64,000 bases of DNA from Candidatus Dojkabacteria bacterium (lineage in GTDB: Bacteria; Patescibacteriota; Dojkabacteria; SC72), in NCBI GenBank assembly GCA_012513575.1, contig JAAZBX010000004.1:11481-75480 (forward strand). Reading direction: 5' to 3'. Of the stretch, positions 47,243-56,883 are shown in pieces. The notes beneath the pieces were generated by a model. The model did not search any database. It saw only the letters and a list, made by a program, of their open reading frames with translations, and had not been told where the DNA came from. The position numbers and the translations under genes are program-made. Each line of letters starts with the position of its first letter. Position 1 is the stretch's first letter.

Positions 47243-47914
47243 CTATTTATTGCTAACTTTATCTTCAATCTTTTTATCTATTTTTTTCACAACTTTTCTT
47301 CGATCTACCTTTTCAAATCTATTCTTTTTTTGAGTCTTTTTCTTTTCCATCTCTTTCTTTCTTCTTTTCTCTTCTTTTGCTCTTCTCTCTTTCTCCGTTT
47401 CTTCTTTTAGAGTAATCCTGTCTCTCATCTTTTGCATCCTTGAAAGTACTCTTGCACTTCTTAAAGCCTTGAGTGCTTCAAAGGTACAGTAAGCATTTCC
47501 ATTTGCATCTGCACTTCCCAAAATCTTTCCATACACATTATCAACGCCCGCCAACTCTAGAACTGTTCTAACTGAAGAACCTGCAATGACACCAGTCCCT
47601 GGTCTTGCTGGTCTAAGTAGAACCTTTACAGCACCAAATTTTTGGACTATCTCATGAGGTATAGTATCACCAGCAAGTTCAATTTTAGTTGCCACTTTAA
47701 TTGCAAGTCTTTCTCCTTGTTCAACCGCTGTCCTAACATCTGCGCCTCTTCCCAAGGCAACTCCTACAGTTCCACTTCTGTCACCAACTACAACGACCGT
47801 ACTAAATCTTAATTTCTTACCACCTTTTGTAACCTTTGCAACTCTTCTTACTGGAAGAGTCTTCTTGTCAAATGCCCTTTTTTCTCTATTTTTCTTAAAT
47901 TTCTTTTCTTCCAT
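47243..47914 (-). CDS. rpsE: 30S ribosomal protein S5 with a roughly 55-aa K/E-rich C-terminal tail
   Basis: S5 dsRBD and C-domain (VLLRPARPGTGVIAGSSVRTVLELAGV), then ...EKERRAKEEKRRKKEMEKKK... tail. L15 follows directly, with no L30 between. Confidence 0.9.
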   Translation of the reverse strand: MEEKKFKKNREKRAFDKKTLPVRRVAKVTKGGKKLRFSTVVVVGDRSGTVGVALGRGADVRTAVEQGERLAIKVATKIELAGDTIPHEIVQKFGAVKVLLRPARPGTGVIAGSSVRTVLELAGVDNVYGKILGSADANGNAYCTFEALKALRSARVLSRMQKMRDRITLKEETEKERRAKEEKRRKKEMEKKKTQKKNRFEKVDRRKVVKKIDKKIEDKVSNK

Positions 47915-47924
47915 ATTATTCTTT

Positions 47925-48251
47925 CTAAATTTTAACTCCTTCTTTTCTTAGTTCTTCTACAAAGGACTTAATCAATCCGTGATATTTGTATCCGCTCCTA
48001 TCAAAAACCAATGCATCATATTTTTTACAAAAAGTTACAAATTTTTTAGTCATAGACAAAATATCTTTCTCATTTTTTTTAGTCATAAGAGATTTCACAA
48101 CAACACTCTTGTCATCATCCGCAATTCCAGCATAGAAATACCGATTACTCTTAAAAACAAAGACTCTTGGTTTTATAGAAGTACCATGAATCTTTTTTCG
48201 GATATGTGCTTTTCTTCTTATTCTTTTTTCTTTTTTAGTTTTTTTAGCCAT
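47925..48251 (-). CDS. rplR: 50S ribosomal protein L18
   Basis: KRIRRKAHIRKKI...PRVFVFKSNRYFYAG. Confidence 0.9.
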   Translation of the reverse strand: MAKKTKKEKRIRRKAHIRKKIHGTSIKPRVFVFKSNRYFYAGIADDDKSVVVKSLMTKKNEKDILSMTKKFVTFCKKYDALVFDRSGYKYHGLIKSFVEELRKEGVKI

Positions 48252-48268
48252 TTGTATTAAAAAATATT

Positions 48269-48817
48269 TTATGCGACACTAGCTTTTGAGCTTTTTCTTC
48301 TTACATATTCATTCTCATATCTAATACCTTTGCCTTTATATGGCTCTGGTTTTCTTATTTCTCTAATCTTCGCTGCAAATTCTCCAACCTTTTGCTTGTC
48401 AAAACCTTTAATGGTTATCTTTGTCTCTTCTGGAACCTCTATTTGTATCCCCTCGGGAGGAGTCATTTTAATTGGATGATTCCAACCCAAGCTCATAACT
48501 AGCAACCCTCCATCAAGTCTAGCTCTATATCCAACACCTACTAATTCTAAATTCTTACTAAAACCATTTTTTACACCATATACTGCATTATAAAGCAACA
48601 TTCTGTATGTACCATGATCTGATTTGGCTTGTTTTGTTTCATCCTTTCTATTTAGCTGTAAACTCTTATCTTCTATCTTCAATTCAAGATGCTCTGGGAG
48701 TGTAATATTGATCTCTCCCAATGGACCTTTAACAAGTACAGTCAAACCATTTAAAGAAACCTCTACTCCCTCTTCAATTGTTATAAAATCTTTTCCTATT
48801 CTTGACATAATTACCAA
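48269..48817 (-). CDS. rplF: 50S ribosomal protein L6
   Basis: SRIGKDFITI...VEVSLNG..VLVKGPLGE; two-domain L6. Confidence 0.95.
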   Translation of the reverse strand: MVIMSRIGKDFITIEEGVEVSLNGLTVLVKGPLGEINITLPEHLELKIEDKSLQLNRKDETKQAKSDHGTYRMLLYNAVYGVKNGFSKNLELVGVGYRARLDGGLLVMSLGWNHPIKMTPPEGIQIEVPEETKITIKGFDKQKVGEFAAKIREIRKPEPYKGKGIRYENEYVRRKSSKASVA

Positions 48818-49194
48818 ACTTTACATATAAATTCACCTCCAAGATCTTTGCTCTTGGCGACAGAACCAGACATAACTCCTTGAGAAGTACTAATAATTGA
48901 GATACCTCTTCCATTCATTATCGGTTTAATTTCCTTTTTAGTGACATATATTCTTTGTCCTGGCTTACTAACTCTTTGAAGTTTAGAAATAACAGGCTCC
49001 TTATTCTCGTATAACAATTCGACATCAACCGTTCCAGAATCCTCATTAAGCTTAAAGTCTTTAATCATTTCTTCCTTCTTTAGAACTTTTAATATGTCCC
49101 TATTAATATTTGTATTAAGAACAGGAACAAATTCTTTATTCCTCATTATTGCATTTTGTATTCTTGCGAGCATATCTGCTATTAAATCGTTCAT
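48811..49194 (-). CDS. rpsH: 30S ribosomal protein S8
   Basis: MNDLIADMLARIQNA... Confidence 0.95.
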   Translation of the reverse strand: MNDLIADMLARIQNAIMRNKEFVPVLNTNINRDILKVLKKEEMIKDFKLNEDSGTVDVELLYENKEPVISKLQRVSKPGQRIYVTKKEIKPIMNGRGISIISTSQGVMSGSVAKSKDLGGEFICKVW

Positions 49195-49210
49195 TTTTTT
49201 ATTCTTTAAA

Positions 49211-49405
49211 TTACCAAATAGATTTCTTAACGCCAGGGATTTTTCCCTCGCTAGCTAATTTCTTAAAACAGATTCTACATAATCCGTAATGTCTAATATA
49301 CCCCCTAGCTCTTCCACATAGTTCACATCTATTATACACTCTAGAGCTGTATTTAGAGGTTTCCTTTAATTTTCTTGCTTTGTATTCTTTAGCTTCTGTT
49401 GACAT
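49211..49405 (-). CDS. rpsZ: 30S ribosomal protein S14, zinc-binding type Z
   Basis: [21 protein letters not shown] (CxxC...CxxC). Start set at MSTEAK; the track ORF extends to 49426. Confidence 0.9.
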   Translation of the reverse strand: MSTEAKEYKARKLKETSKYSSRVYNRCELCGRARGYIRHYGLCRICFKKLASEGKIPGVKKSIW

Positions 49406-49943
49406 TCTTTGTGAATGGGAATCCAAATTTATCTAAAAGGGCTTTTCCATTTTTATCATTCATTGCTGAAGTAACAATTGTTACTTCAAGACTTCTAATC
49501 TTCGAGACGTTGTTCGGATCAATTTCAATAAACACTGTATGATCCTCTATCCCAAGAGAGTAATTCCCAGCGCCATCAAATGACCTTGGGCTTAAACCTC
49601 GGAAGTCTTTTGTCCTTGGTAAAACAATATTTACCAATTTGTCAAAAAACTGCCACATTCTCTCTCCTCTTAATGTGACCGAGACACCTATCTCCATCCC
49701 CTGCCTTATTTTGAAAGCTGATACTGCTTGCTTTGCTTTATTAACGACAGGTTTCTGACCCGTAATTCTTGTTAAAATTTCGACTATCTCATCTAAAGCA
49801 GCTTTATTGTCCACTGCCTCCCCAGCTCCAACATTTACAACAATTTTCTTCAATGTTGGGACTTGCATGACATTACTATAGCTTTGTTCCTTCATTAATT
49901 CCTTGCTTACTGTTTTGTTGTATTCTTCTTGTAATCTATTCAT
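49389..49943 (-). CDS. rplE: 50S ribosomal protein L5
   Basis: Conserved L5 core ...[20 protein letters not shown]... Confidence 0.95.
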   Translation of the reverse strand: MNRLQEEYNKTVSKELMKEQSYSNVMQVPTLKKIVVNVGAGEAVDNKAALDEIVEILTRITGQKPVVNKAKQAVSAFKIRQGMEIGVSVTLRGERMWQFFDKLVNIVLPRTKDFRGLSPRSFDGAGNYSLGIEDHTVFIEIDPNNVSKIRSLEVTIVTSAMNDKNGKALLDKFGFPFTKNVNRS

Positions 49944-49945
49944 AT

Positions 49946-50353
49946 TTATTTCTTATTTTTCTTTACAGTTTTAGATACTTTCTTTTTTTCTTCTTCTATC
50001 TTCTTTGGCTCTTCTTTCTTTGGAGTTACTACGACCTTTTCTTTAGTCTCTATTTCTTTCCCACACTTTTTACAAACTCTAACATTTTTTTCTCCCTCTT
50101 TTCTTACCCCTACCCTTGTTGCTTTCCCACATGAAGGACAAACCAACATAACTTTTGACAACTCAAATGGTTTTTCAATTGTCAAAATCTCAGAAGTTCT
50201 AGTTCGACCATCTCCTTTTAAATGTCTTTTATAGAGATTTAAACCTTCTACAATTACACTGTTTTTCTTAGGACTAACGGCGACTACAACGCCCTGTTTT
50301 CCTGATTCTTTCCCGTATAAAATTTTTACTGTGTCTCCTTTTTTAATTTTCAT
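49946..50353 (-). CDS. rplX: 50S ribosomal protein L24 with a C-terminal zinc-ribbon plus lysine-rich extension
   Basis: KOW domain (MKIKKGDTVKILYGKESGKQGVVVAV). Extra C-terminal CPSCGKATRV...CKKCGKEI and a K-rich tail. Confidence 0.9.
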   Translation of the reverse strand: MKIKKGDTVKILYGKESGKQGVVVAVSPKKNSVIVEGLNLYKRHLKGDGRTRTSEILTIEKPFELSKVMLVCPSCGKATRVGVRKEGEKNVRVCKKCGKEIETKEKVVVTPKKEEPKKIEEEKKKVSKTVKKNKK

Positions 50354-50362
50354 ATATTTTTC

Positions 50363-50734
50363 TTAAAGTACTTCTGGCGCTAAAGATAAAATTTTATCGA
50401 ATCCCCCCTCTTTCAACTCTCTTGCTACTGGGCCAAAAATTCTTGTTCCTTTTGGCGTTTTATTCTTTGGATCAATCAAAACTACTGCATTATCATCAAA
50501 TCTTACATATGTACCATCTTTTCTTCTTAATTCTTTTGTTGTTCTAATTATTACAGCCTTATGAACCTCATGATCCTTTACACCTGTATTTGGTGTTGTT
50601 TTCTGAATAGAGACAACAACAACATCATTTATTCTGGCATATCTAACTTTAGAAGCCCCTGGTATTCCAATTAATTTAGCTTCTTTTGCTCCACTGTTAT
50701 CTGCAACTTTTACTATTGTCCCTCTCTGTATCAT
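50363..50734 (-). CDS. rplN: 50S ribosomal protein L14
   Basis: MIQRGTIVKVADNSGAKEAKLIGI. Confidence 0.95.
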   Translation of the reverse strand: MIQRGTIVKVADNSGAKEAKLIGIPGASKVRYARINDVVVVSIQKTTPNTGVKDHEVHKAVIIRTTKELRRKDGTYVRFDDNAVVLIDPKNKTPKGTRIFGPVARELKEGGFDKILSLAPEVL

Positions 50735-50736
50735 AT

Positions 50737-51030
50737 TTATATTTTTTTAATTACAACCCATCTTATTTTTTTCGAAAAAGGTCTGCTCTCCTTAATGACC
50801 ACCTTATCTCCAATGCTTAGCTCCTCTTCTGCATGAGCAAAATAAATCTTTTTCCTTTTAATCCTTTTCTTATATATTGCATGACTTTCTACTGTATCGA
50901 CTCTTACCTTCACTGTTTTGTTCATACTAGTACCAACCACAACGGCCTCAATCTCTCTTCTTTTACTTTGTTTTTCGGTTGTCTCTTTTTTCATATCTTT
51001 CATTTTTTGTAACGGCTTGTATTTTATCAA
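50737..51030 (-). CDS. rpsQ: 30S ribosomal protein S17 (about 20-aa N-terminal extension)
   Basis: OB fold core KRREIEAVVVGTSMNKTVKVRV...GDKVVIKESRPFSKKIRWVV. Confidence 0.9.
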   Translation of the reverse strand: MIKYKPLQKMKDMKKETTEKQSKRREIEAVVVGTSMNKTVKVRVDTVESHAIYKKRIKRKKIYFAHAEEELSIGDKVVIKESRPFSKKIRWVVIKKI

Positions 51031-51049
51031 TAAATTACGGTATTCTCAA

Positions 51050-51463
51050 CTATATTTCTCTTTTTTCTACAAATTTTGTTTTTACTGAAAATTTGTGTCC
51101 AGCTAATCTCATAGCTTCCTTTGCTGTATTCTCATCAACGCCTCCAATTTCAAGGAGTATTGTTCCTGGAACCACCACTGCTACATATCCCTCAACGGAA
51201 CCTTTCCCACCCAACATTTTACTGTTTACAGATCTTCTCGTGTAGGATTTATGTGGGAAGATTTTAATCCAAACTTTCCCTTTCCTTTTTGTGAATCCCG
51301 CAACCGCTCTTCTGGCAGATTCAATCTCTCTTGCATTTATCCATCCATTCTCTAGAGTCTTAAGTCCATATTCTCCGAATGTAACTTTGTTATTTGCAGT
51401 AGCAACACCCCCCATGTTTCCTCTAAACTCTTTTGCAAATTTTCTTTTCTTTGGCTGCAACAT
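51050..51463 (-). CDS. rplP: 50S ribosomal protein L16
   Basis: MLQPKKRKFAKEFRG... L16/L10e core. Confidence 0.95.
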   Translation of the reverse strand: MLQPKKRKFAKEFRGNMGGVATANNKVTFGEYGLKTLENGWINAREIESARRAVAGFTKRKGKVWIKIFPHKSYTRRSVNSKMLGGKGSVEGYVAVVVPGTILLEIGGVDENTAKEAMRLAGHKFSVKTKFVEKREI

Positions 51464-51480
51464 ATGTTTACTTTAAAATA

Positions 51481-52131
51481 TTATTCTTCAGATTCGTCCA
51501 TATTATTTTTTTCACCTCTATATATCCAAACCTTGATTCCCATTAGTCCAGCATCAATTGTCTTCGCAACTTCTCCTGCATAATCTACATCTGCCCTTAA
51601 AGTTTGAGCAGGGACAGAACCTGCAGTTGTTTTCACTGTCCTAGCCTGGCTAGCATTGTTAATTCTTCCTGATACCCAAATCTTCAAACCCTTAGCACCA
51701 GATGCCATTATCTTTTCTTTTGCGCTTGCTACAACTAATTTTGAAGGCTGTCTTCTCTCAATTCCATCTGCAATAGATCTTGCAACAATTCTGGCAGATA
51801 AATCTGCTTTTCGAACTTCTCTAACTTTTAATTCAACTTCCATTTTAGTAAACCTTTTTAACTCTTTTTGTAAGAGATCTATTCCTTCCCCACCTCTTCC
51901 GATAGCAACTCCTGGTCTTGCAACATACACAAGAATCTCCATTCTATTCAAGGATCGATTAATCTTGATATTGTCAATCCCAGCATCTTTCATCGATTTG
52001 TTAATTTTCTCTCGAATTTCTAAGTCCTGAGCTAATACTTTCGAATAATTTCTCTTGGGTGCATACCAAACAGAATCCCAAGTCCTATTTATTCCCATTC
52101 TAATAGCTTTTGGTGTTACTTTTCTACCCAT
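51481..52131 (-). CDS. rpsC: 30S ribosomal protein S3
   Basis: MGRKVTPKAIRMGINRTWDSVWYA; KH domain. Confidence 0.95.
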   Translation of the reverse strand: MGRKVTPKAIRMGINRTWDSVWYAPKRNYSKVLAQDLEIREKINKSMKDAGIDNIKINRSLNRMEILVYVARPGVAIGRGGEGIDLLQKELKRFTKMEVELKVREVRKADLSARIVARSIADGIERRQPSKLVVASAKEKIMASGAKGLKIWVSGRINNASQARTVKTTAGSVPAQTLRADVDYAGEVAKTIDAGLMGIKVWIYRGEKNNMDESEE

Positions 52132-52132
52132 T

Positions 52133-52474
52133 TTACTTCACTTTTAATTCTAAATTAATATGAGATCTTCTCTTATCAATTCTTGATACTCGACCTCTTG
52201 ATTCAAATCTTGTTCTCTTTAAAGTTCTAGCTTCATCGATAGTGATTTTGCTTATTACCAAACTCTCCTTATCTACTCCATACTTTTCCCTTGCATTTGC
52301 AATCCCCGACATTATAGCCTTCTTAACTATTGGGGCGCCTTTTTTCGATAGCAATGTTAGCATTTCTATCGCTTCAGATGCATTTTTACCTCTAATTAAA
52401 TTTGCAACTAATCTCAATTTTAAAGGAGATTGTGCAATATTTTTAACTTTTACTGTTACAATTTTGTCTTCCAT
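52133..52474 (-). CDS. rplV: 50S ribosomal protein L22
   Basis: Conserved L22 core; sits in the S19-L22-S3 order. Confidence 0.9.
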   Translation of the reverse strand: MEDKIVTVKVKNIAQSPLKLRLVANLIRGKNASEAIEMLTLLSKKGAPIVKKAIMSGIANAREKYGVDKESLVISKITIDEARTLKRTRFESRGRVSRIDKRRSHINLELKVK

Positions 52475-52476
52475 AT

Positions 52477-52797
52477 TTATTTATCTGATTTAGTTTCTTC
52501 AAATCTTCCGCTACTTCCATAGACTTTAGAAAGTTTCCCCTTCTTCGCATGGCCTCTAAATTTCCTTGTTGCAGAAAACTCACCTAGCCTATGACCAATC
52601 ATAGATTCTACAACCAACACCTCTTCATGCTTTTTACCATTATGTACTAAAAATTTCATCCCAACCATATCTGGTGTAATGGTAGAAGCCCTAGCCCATG
52701 TCTTAATTGGAGCCATGCTTCCAGTCTCTTTGGCTTTCATAACCTTTTCCATCAATTTTTTATCTGTATATGGTCCTTTCTTTAGCGATCTAGACAT
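52477..52797 (-). CDS. rpsS: 30S ribosomal protein S19
   Basis: [15 protein letters not shown]...[31 protein letters not shown]. Confidence 0.95.
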   Translation of the reverse strand: MSRSLKKGPYTDKKLMEKVMKAKETGSMAPIKTWARASTITPDMVGMKFLVHNGKKHEEVLVVESMIGHRLGEFSATRKFRGHAKKGKLSKVYGSSGRFEETKSDK

Positions 52798-52814
52798 ATT
52801 TTCTTAAATATAAA

Positions 52815-53666
52815 TTATTTCTTTGCGTAAGGTCTATTCTTAGTTCTTCTTGTTTTAATAATAAACTTTTCAGTTCTTCTATTTTTTCTTGTTCTTGTTC
52901 CAATGAGATTCCCCCATATATCTTTTGCAGCACCTCCAATAACACCTTTTCCTTCTCCACCTCCATGTGGATGCTCTGCCGGATGCATAACCATACCCCT
53001 AACTTCTGGTCTCCAACCCAAATTCCTCTTCCTTCCAGCTTTTCCTAACTTGACATTCAAATTATCTTCATTGCTTACCTGGCCAATAGTTGCCATACAC
53101 TCAGCAAATACCAATCTTATTTCTCCAGAAGGCATCTTCAATTGAACATATTTACCAGTAGGATCAATACCCTGTACAATAATTACCTGCCCCGCTGATC
53201 TTGCGAATACTGCTCCACGACCTGGCATATTCTCAACAGAATGGACTGCTGTACCAGAAGGGATATTCTTTACCATCATTGCATTACCTGGTAACACATC
53301 TGTACTTTCTCCTGATATAATTGTGTCCCCAACTTTCAGATCTTTAGGTGCAATTATATATCTTCTCTCACCATCTGCATAAAGAAGTAGCGCTAAATGT
53401 GCACTTCTGTTTGGATCAAAGTACAAACCCGTAACCTTTGCTGGTATTCCAAACTTATCTCTTTTGTAATCGACAATTCTTATTCTTCGTTTAAAACCAC
53501 CACCTCTATGCCTTACAGTAATTTTACCTTGATTATTTCTTCCAGCTTTTTTCTTTTTGGGGATTGTTAGACCCTTTGGCCCACCATCCTTATTGAGATG
53601 AGACCTATCTGCCAATGCTGTTTTTCTTCTTGTAGAAGTTGTCGGTTTAAATTTTCTAATAGCCAT
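52815..53666 (-). CDS. rplB: 50S ribosomal protein L2
   Basis: Conserved L2 C-terminus ...MHPAEHPHGGGEGK... Confidence 0.95.
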   Translation of the reverse strand: MAIRKFKPTTSTRRKTALADRSHLNKDGGPKGLTIPKKKKAGRNNQGKITVRHRGGGFKRRIRIVDYKRDKFGIPAKVTGLYFDPNRSAHLALLLYADGERRYIIAPKDLKVGDTIISGESTDVLPGNAMMVKNIPSGTAVHSVENMPGRGAVFARSAGQVIIVQGIDPTGKYVQLKMPSGEIRLVFAECMATIGQVSNEDNLNVKLGKAGRKRNLGWRPEVRGMVMHPAEHPHGGGEGKGVIGGAAKDIWGNLIGTRTRKNRRTEKFIIKTRRTKNRPYAKK

Positions 53667-53667
53667 A

Positions 53668-53961
53668 TTAAATCTTCAAAAATTCATTTATTTTATCTCC
53701 CTTTTTAAGTGTAACGATTACTTTTACCATGTCTCTCTCTCTTCTTGGTTTATATGTCTTAAGATCTCTTTTCATTTTCCCTGGTTTTACAACACTATTA
53801 ACACTCTCAACCTTAACTTTATACTTACTCTCCACGGCCTTTGCGACTTCAATTTTGTTATTATATCTCTCAACTAAAAAAGTATACTTATTGTTGGCAT
53901 TTGCCATTGCATAGCTTTTTTCAGAAACCATAGGTTGTAATTCAATTGTTTTATTTCTCAT
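53668..53961 (-). CDS. rplW: 50S ribosomal protein L23
   Basis: L23 fold; sits between L4 and L2. Confidence 0.9.
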   Translation of the reverse strand: MRNKTIELQPMVSEKSYAMANANNKYTFLVERYNNKIEVAKAVESKYKVKVESVNSVVKPGKMKRDLKTYKPRRERDMVKVIVTLKKGDKINEFLKI

Positions 53962-54568
53962 TTGTTAATCTTTTTTCTAACATCTCAATTACTTCATTAT
54001 CTACATAAATATATTTTCTTTTTGCAATATTTTTTGCATTTAATTTTTCTGATGAGACCACATCAAGTTTTTCAATATTTCTAATTTTTCTGCCTAATTC
54101 AACATTGTCAGTAATTACTAGCGCCGATTTTGAAGAATTTTTCTTCATTTCATCTCTTAATTTTTTCACATCATTTAAAGAAAACTTCATGAATTCTAAT
54201 GTTTTATTCCTTAGGTTCTCAGAAAGCATCACACATGTAGCTTTCTTTGCCATTTTCTTATTAATCTTTCTATTCCAATTTCTGTCTCCCACATTCCCAA
54301 AAGCAACACCACCACCTACCCAAATCGTAGATCTAGTAGAACCCGCCCTTGCTCTTCCGGTACCTTTCTGTTTCCAAGGTTTTTTACCACCTCCTGATAC
54401 CTCTCCTCTACCTTTTACATTTGCAGTAGATTTTCTTTCATTACTTCTGTAAACGTACAATACCTGTGCTACAAGATCAGCATTGTAAGGTACTTCCCAA
54501 ACCAATGGATTCCTTTTAATCACAGCTACCTTTTTCTCTACTTTTGTTTTACCTTTAGTCTCTGCCAT
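53951..54568 (-). CDS. rplD: 50S ribosomal protein L4
   Basis: ...[29 protein letters not shown]... L4 loop signature. Confidence 0.95.
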   Translation of the reverse strand: MAETKGKTKVEKKVAVIKRNPLVWEVPYNADLVAQVLYVYRSNERKSTANVKGRGEVSGGGKKPWKQKGTGRARAGSTRSTIWVGGGVAFGNVGDRNWNRKINKKMAKKATCVMLSENLRNKTLEFMKFSLNDVKKLRDEMKKNSSKSALVITDNVELGRKIRNIEKLDVVSSEKLNAKNIAKRKYIYVDNEVIEMLEKRLTNEK

Positions 54569-54569
54569 T

Positions 54570-55154
54570 TTATTTTGTAAATATTGCTATTAAATCTCCT
54601 TTTGAACCAGGAACTGGTCCTTTAACTAAGATCAAACTATCTTTAACATCAACAACTTCTCTGTCAAGAAGTGTAATTTTGTCTTGTCCCATTCTCCCAG
54701 CCATTCTTTTACCTTTGAGAACTCTTCCTGGGTCTGTACCAGCACCAATTGAACCCGGTGCCCTTAACCTATCTGATTGTCCATGTGTTTTAGGACCACC
54801 TGCAAATCCATACCTTTTGACTACACCAGCAAAGCCCTTTCCCTTAGATATTCCACTTACAACCACTTTGTCTCCAGCTACAAATTGAACGGACTTAATA
54901 TCATCCCCAATATTAGAATCACCTTCTAATTCTCCCTTAAAATATGCCCTTTTCTCAGGAACCTTTTTTGCTACTCCATATTTACCCTTCATTGATTTGA
55001 TAGGGTTTTTCTCTTCACCTAATCCTAATTCAAAACCTTTAGCTTCGATATATGAAAGTATGCAATCAGACGCATCAATGACAGTAACAGGGACTACCTT
55101 GTCATCCTTAAATACTCTTGTCATTCCCTTTTTTATACCTAATATTGCTTTCAT
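54570..55154 (-). CDS. rplC: 50S ribosomal protein L3
   Basis: [15 protein letters not shown]...[22 protein letters not shown]. Confidence 0.95.
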   Translation of the reverse strand: MKAILGIKKGMTRVFKDDKVVPVTVIDASDCILSYIEAKGFELGLGEEKNPIKSMKGKYGVAKKVPEKRAYFKGELEGDSNIGDDIKSVQFVAGDKVVVSGISKGKGFAGVVKRYGFAGGPKTHGQSDRLRAPGSIGAGTDPGRVLKGKRMAGRMGQDKITLLDREVVDVKDSLILVKGPVPGSKGDLIAIFTK

Positions 55155-55165
55155 ATTTTTATTTA

Positions 55166-55477
55166 TTACTCTATTCCAATGTCAACACCAGCAGGCATTT
55201 GTAAATGCTGCAGGGCATCTATTGTTTTTGGGGTAGGATCAATGATATCTATTACCCTCTTATGTGTATTAATTTCAAAATGTTCAATTGAGCTCTTGTA
55301 AATAAATGGAGATCTGTTTACTGCAATTTGCCTTCTCTTTGTTGGCAAAGGAATTGGCCCAGCAACTTTTGCACCTGTGCTTACAGCTGTTTCTATTATA
55401 CTTTTCGCAGACTTATCAACAACGATTGAGTCATATCCTCTTAATTTGACCCTAATTCTTGCAGTTTGATTTGCCAT
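55166..55477 (-). CDS. rpsJ: 30S ribosomal protein S10
   Basis: [39 protein letters not shown]. Confidence 0.95.
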   Translation of the reverse strand: MANQTARIRVKLRGYDSIVVDKSAKSIIETAVSTGAKVAGPIPLPTKRRQIAVNRSPFIYKSSIEHFEINTHKRVIDIIDPTPKTIDALQHLQMPAGVDIGIE

Positions 55478-55546
55478 TCTATTTAAAAGAGCTTAATTAA
55501 ATTAAATATTGTGGAGAGCAGTTTCCTGCCCTCCACAATTAATTCC

Positions 55547-56722
55547 TTACTTCAAAATCTCAGTCACAATTCCCTGTCCTACTGTCTGACCACCTTCTCT
55601 GATAGCGAAGGAGAATCCTTTCTCCAATCCTACTGGTGATACTAATTTAACAGTAAACTCAGTATTGTCACCTGGGACAACCATTTCGGTTCCCTCATTT
55701 AATACTACTTCACCTGTAACATCAGCGGTTTTGATGTAGAACTGAGGTTTGTATCCTGTAATGAATGGCGTATGTCTTCCACCCTCTTCCTTACTTAATA
55801 CATAGACCTCTGCCTTAAAGTCGGTGTGAGTATTAACACTTCCAGGAGCTGCTAACAATTGTCCTCTCTGTACATCCTCTCTTTTCAAACCTCTAAGCAA
55901 AATACCTACATTGTCTCCTGCTTGACCCTCATTCAATGTTTTGTTAAACATTTCAACTCCAGTAGCTGCAGTCTTCTGTGTCTTTCTTCCCATTCCCAAA
56001 ACCTCTACATCTTCTCCAACTTTTATCTTTCCTCTCTCAATTCTTCCAGTTACAACTGTACCTCTTCCCTCGATAGAGAAGACATCTTCTATAGGCATCA
56101 AGAAAGGCTTATCTATATCTCTCTCCGGAATTGGGAAATATTCATCAACAGCTTTGATAAGCTCTTTAGCTGCATTAAGACCTTCTTCCTCTCCCTTTTG
56201 AGCTTTAAGTGCATCTCCAACAATTATTGGACAATTCTCATCAAAACCATACTTCTTAAGTAAGTCTTGGACATCTGCCTTAATTAATTCAAGGATTTCA
56301 GGATCTGCCTCTCCAAATGTGTTGATAAATACTAGCACCTTTGGAACTCCAACCTGTTTTGCCAAAAGGATATGCTCCTTTGTTTGAGGCATAGCGCCAT
56401 CACTTGAGGAGATAACTAATATTGCACCATCCATCTGCGCTGCACCTGTGATCATATTCTTAATGTAGTCCTTGTGTCCTGGACAATCTACTAATGCGTA
56501 GTGCCTTGTTTCAGTTTCAAATTCTACGTGTGCAGGAGCAACAGTAATTGATTTTGCTCTTGATTCTGGATCTTTGTCCAACTTATCAATCATTTTTGCT
56601 GCTTCGCCCTTATCAGGAGCAAATGCACTAAGAATACCTCGAACCAAAGTTGTCTTACCGTGATCGATATGACCAAGGGTTCCGATATTCATGTGTGGCT
56701 TTGTTCTATTAAAATCTGCCAT
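55547..56722 (-). CDS. tuf: elongation factor Tu
   Basis: [15 protein letters not shown], NKxD motifs; 391 aa. Confidence 0.95.
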   Translation of the reverse strand: MADFNRTKPHMNIGTLGHIDHGKTTLVRGILSAFAPDKGEAAKMIDKLDKDPESRAKSITVAPAHVEFETETRHYALVDCPGHKDYIKNMITGAAQMDGAILVISSSDGAMPQTKEHILLAKQVGVPKVLVFINTFGEADPEILELIKADVQDLLKKYGFDENCPIIVGDALKAQKGEEEGLNAAKELIKAVDEYFPIPERDIDKPFLMPIEDVFSIEGRGTVVTGRIERGKIKVGEDVEVLGMGRKTQKTAATGVEMFNKTLNEGQAGDNVGILLRGLKREDVQRGQLLAAPGSVNTHTDFKAEVYVLSKEEGGRHTPFITGYKPQFYIKTADVTGEVVLNEGTEMVVPGDNTEFTVKLVSPVGLEKGFSFAIREGGQTVGQGIVTEILK

Positions 56723-56796
56723 GAATATATTGTTAAAAATTTAATTATATTAATTCCTAATTGATATTTTCAGGTTTCAATTTGCAAACCTGCGAT

Positions 56797-56826
56797 GAAT
56801 GTTATCAAAAAGTGAAGATTAATGCA
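56797..56826 (-). promoter_or_regulatory. candidate sigma70 promoter for tuf (minus strand)
   Basis: On the minus strand, TTGCAT (complement of 56821-56826), 18 nt, TAACAT (complement of 56797-56802), about 70 nt upstream of the tuf ATG. Weak -10. Confidence 0.3.
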
Positions 56827-56883
56827 AGTGTTTCATACTATAATTTGCACTTTGGGAAACAACCTACAAAAACTTCCCCTCTA

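Noticed and set aside
47132-47410. Possible tandem repeat or microsatellite-like CT-rich tract
   Set aside because: The tract is in frame with rpsE and encodes its Lys/Glu-rich tail. It is coding low complexity, not a non-coding repeat or CRISPR array.
55859-56263. Plus-strand ORFs of 134 and 86 aa inside tuf
   Set aside because: They are antisense to EF-Tu and make low-complexity Ser/Leu-rich products. Spurious.
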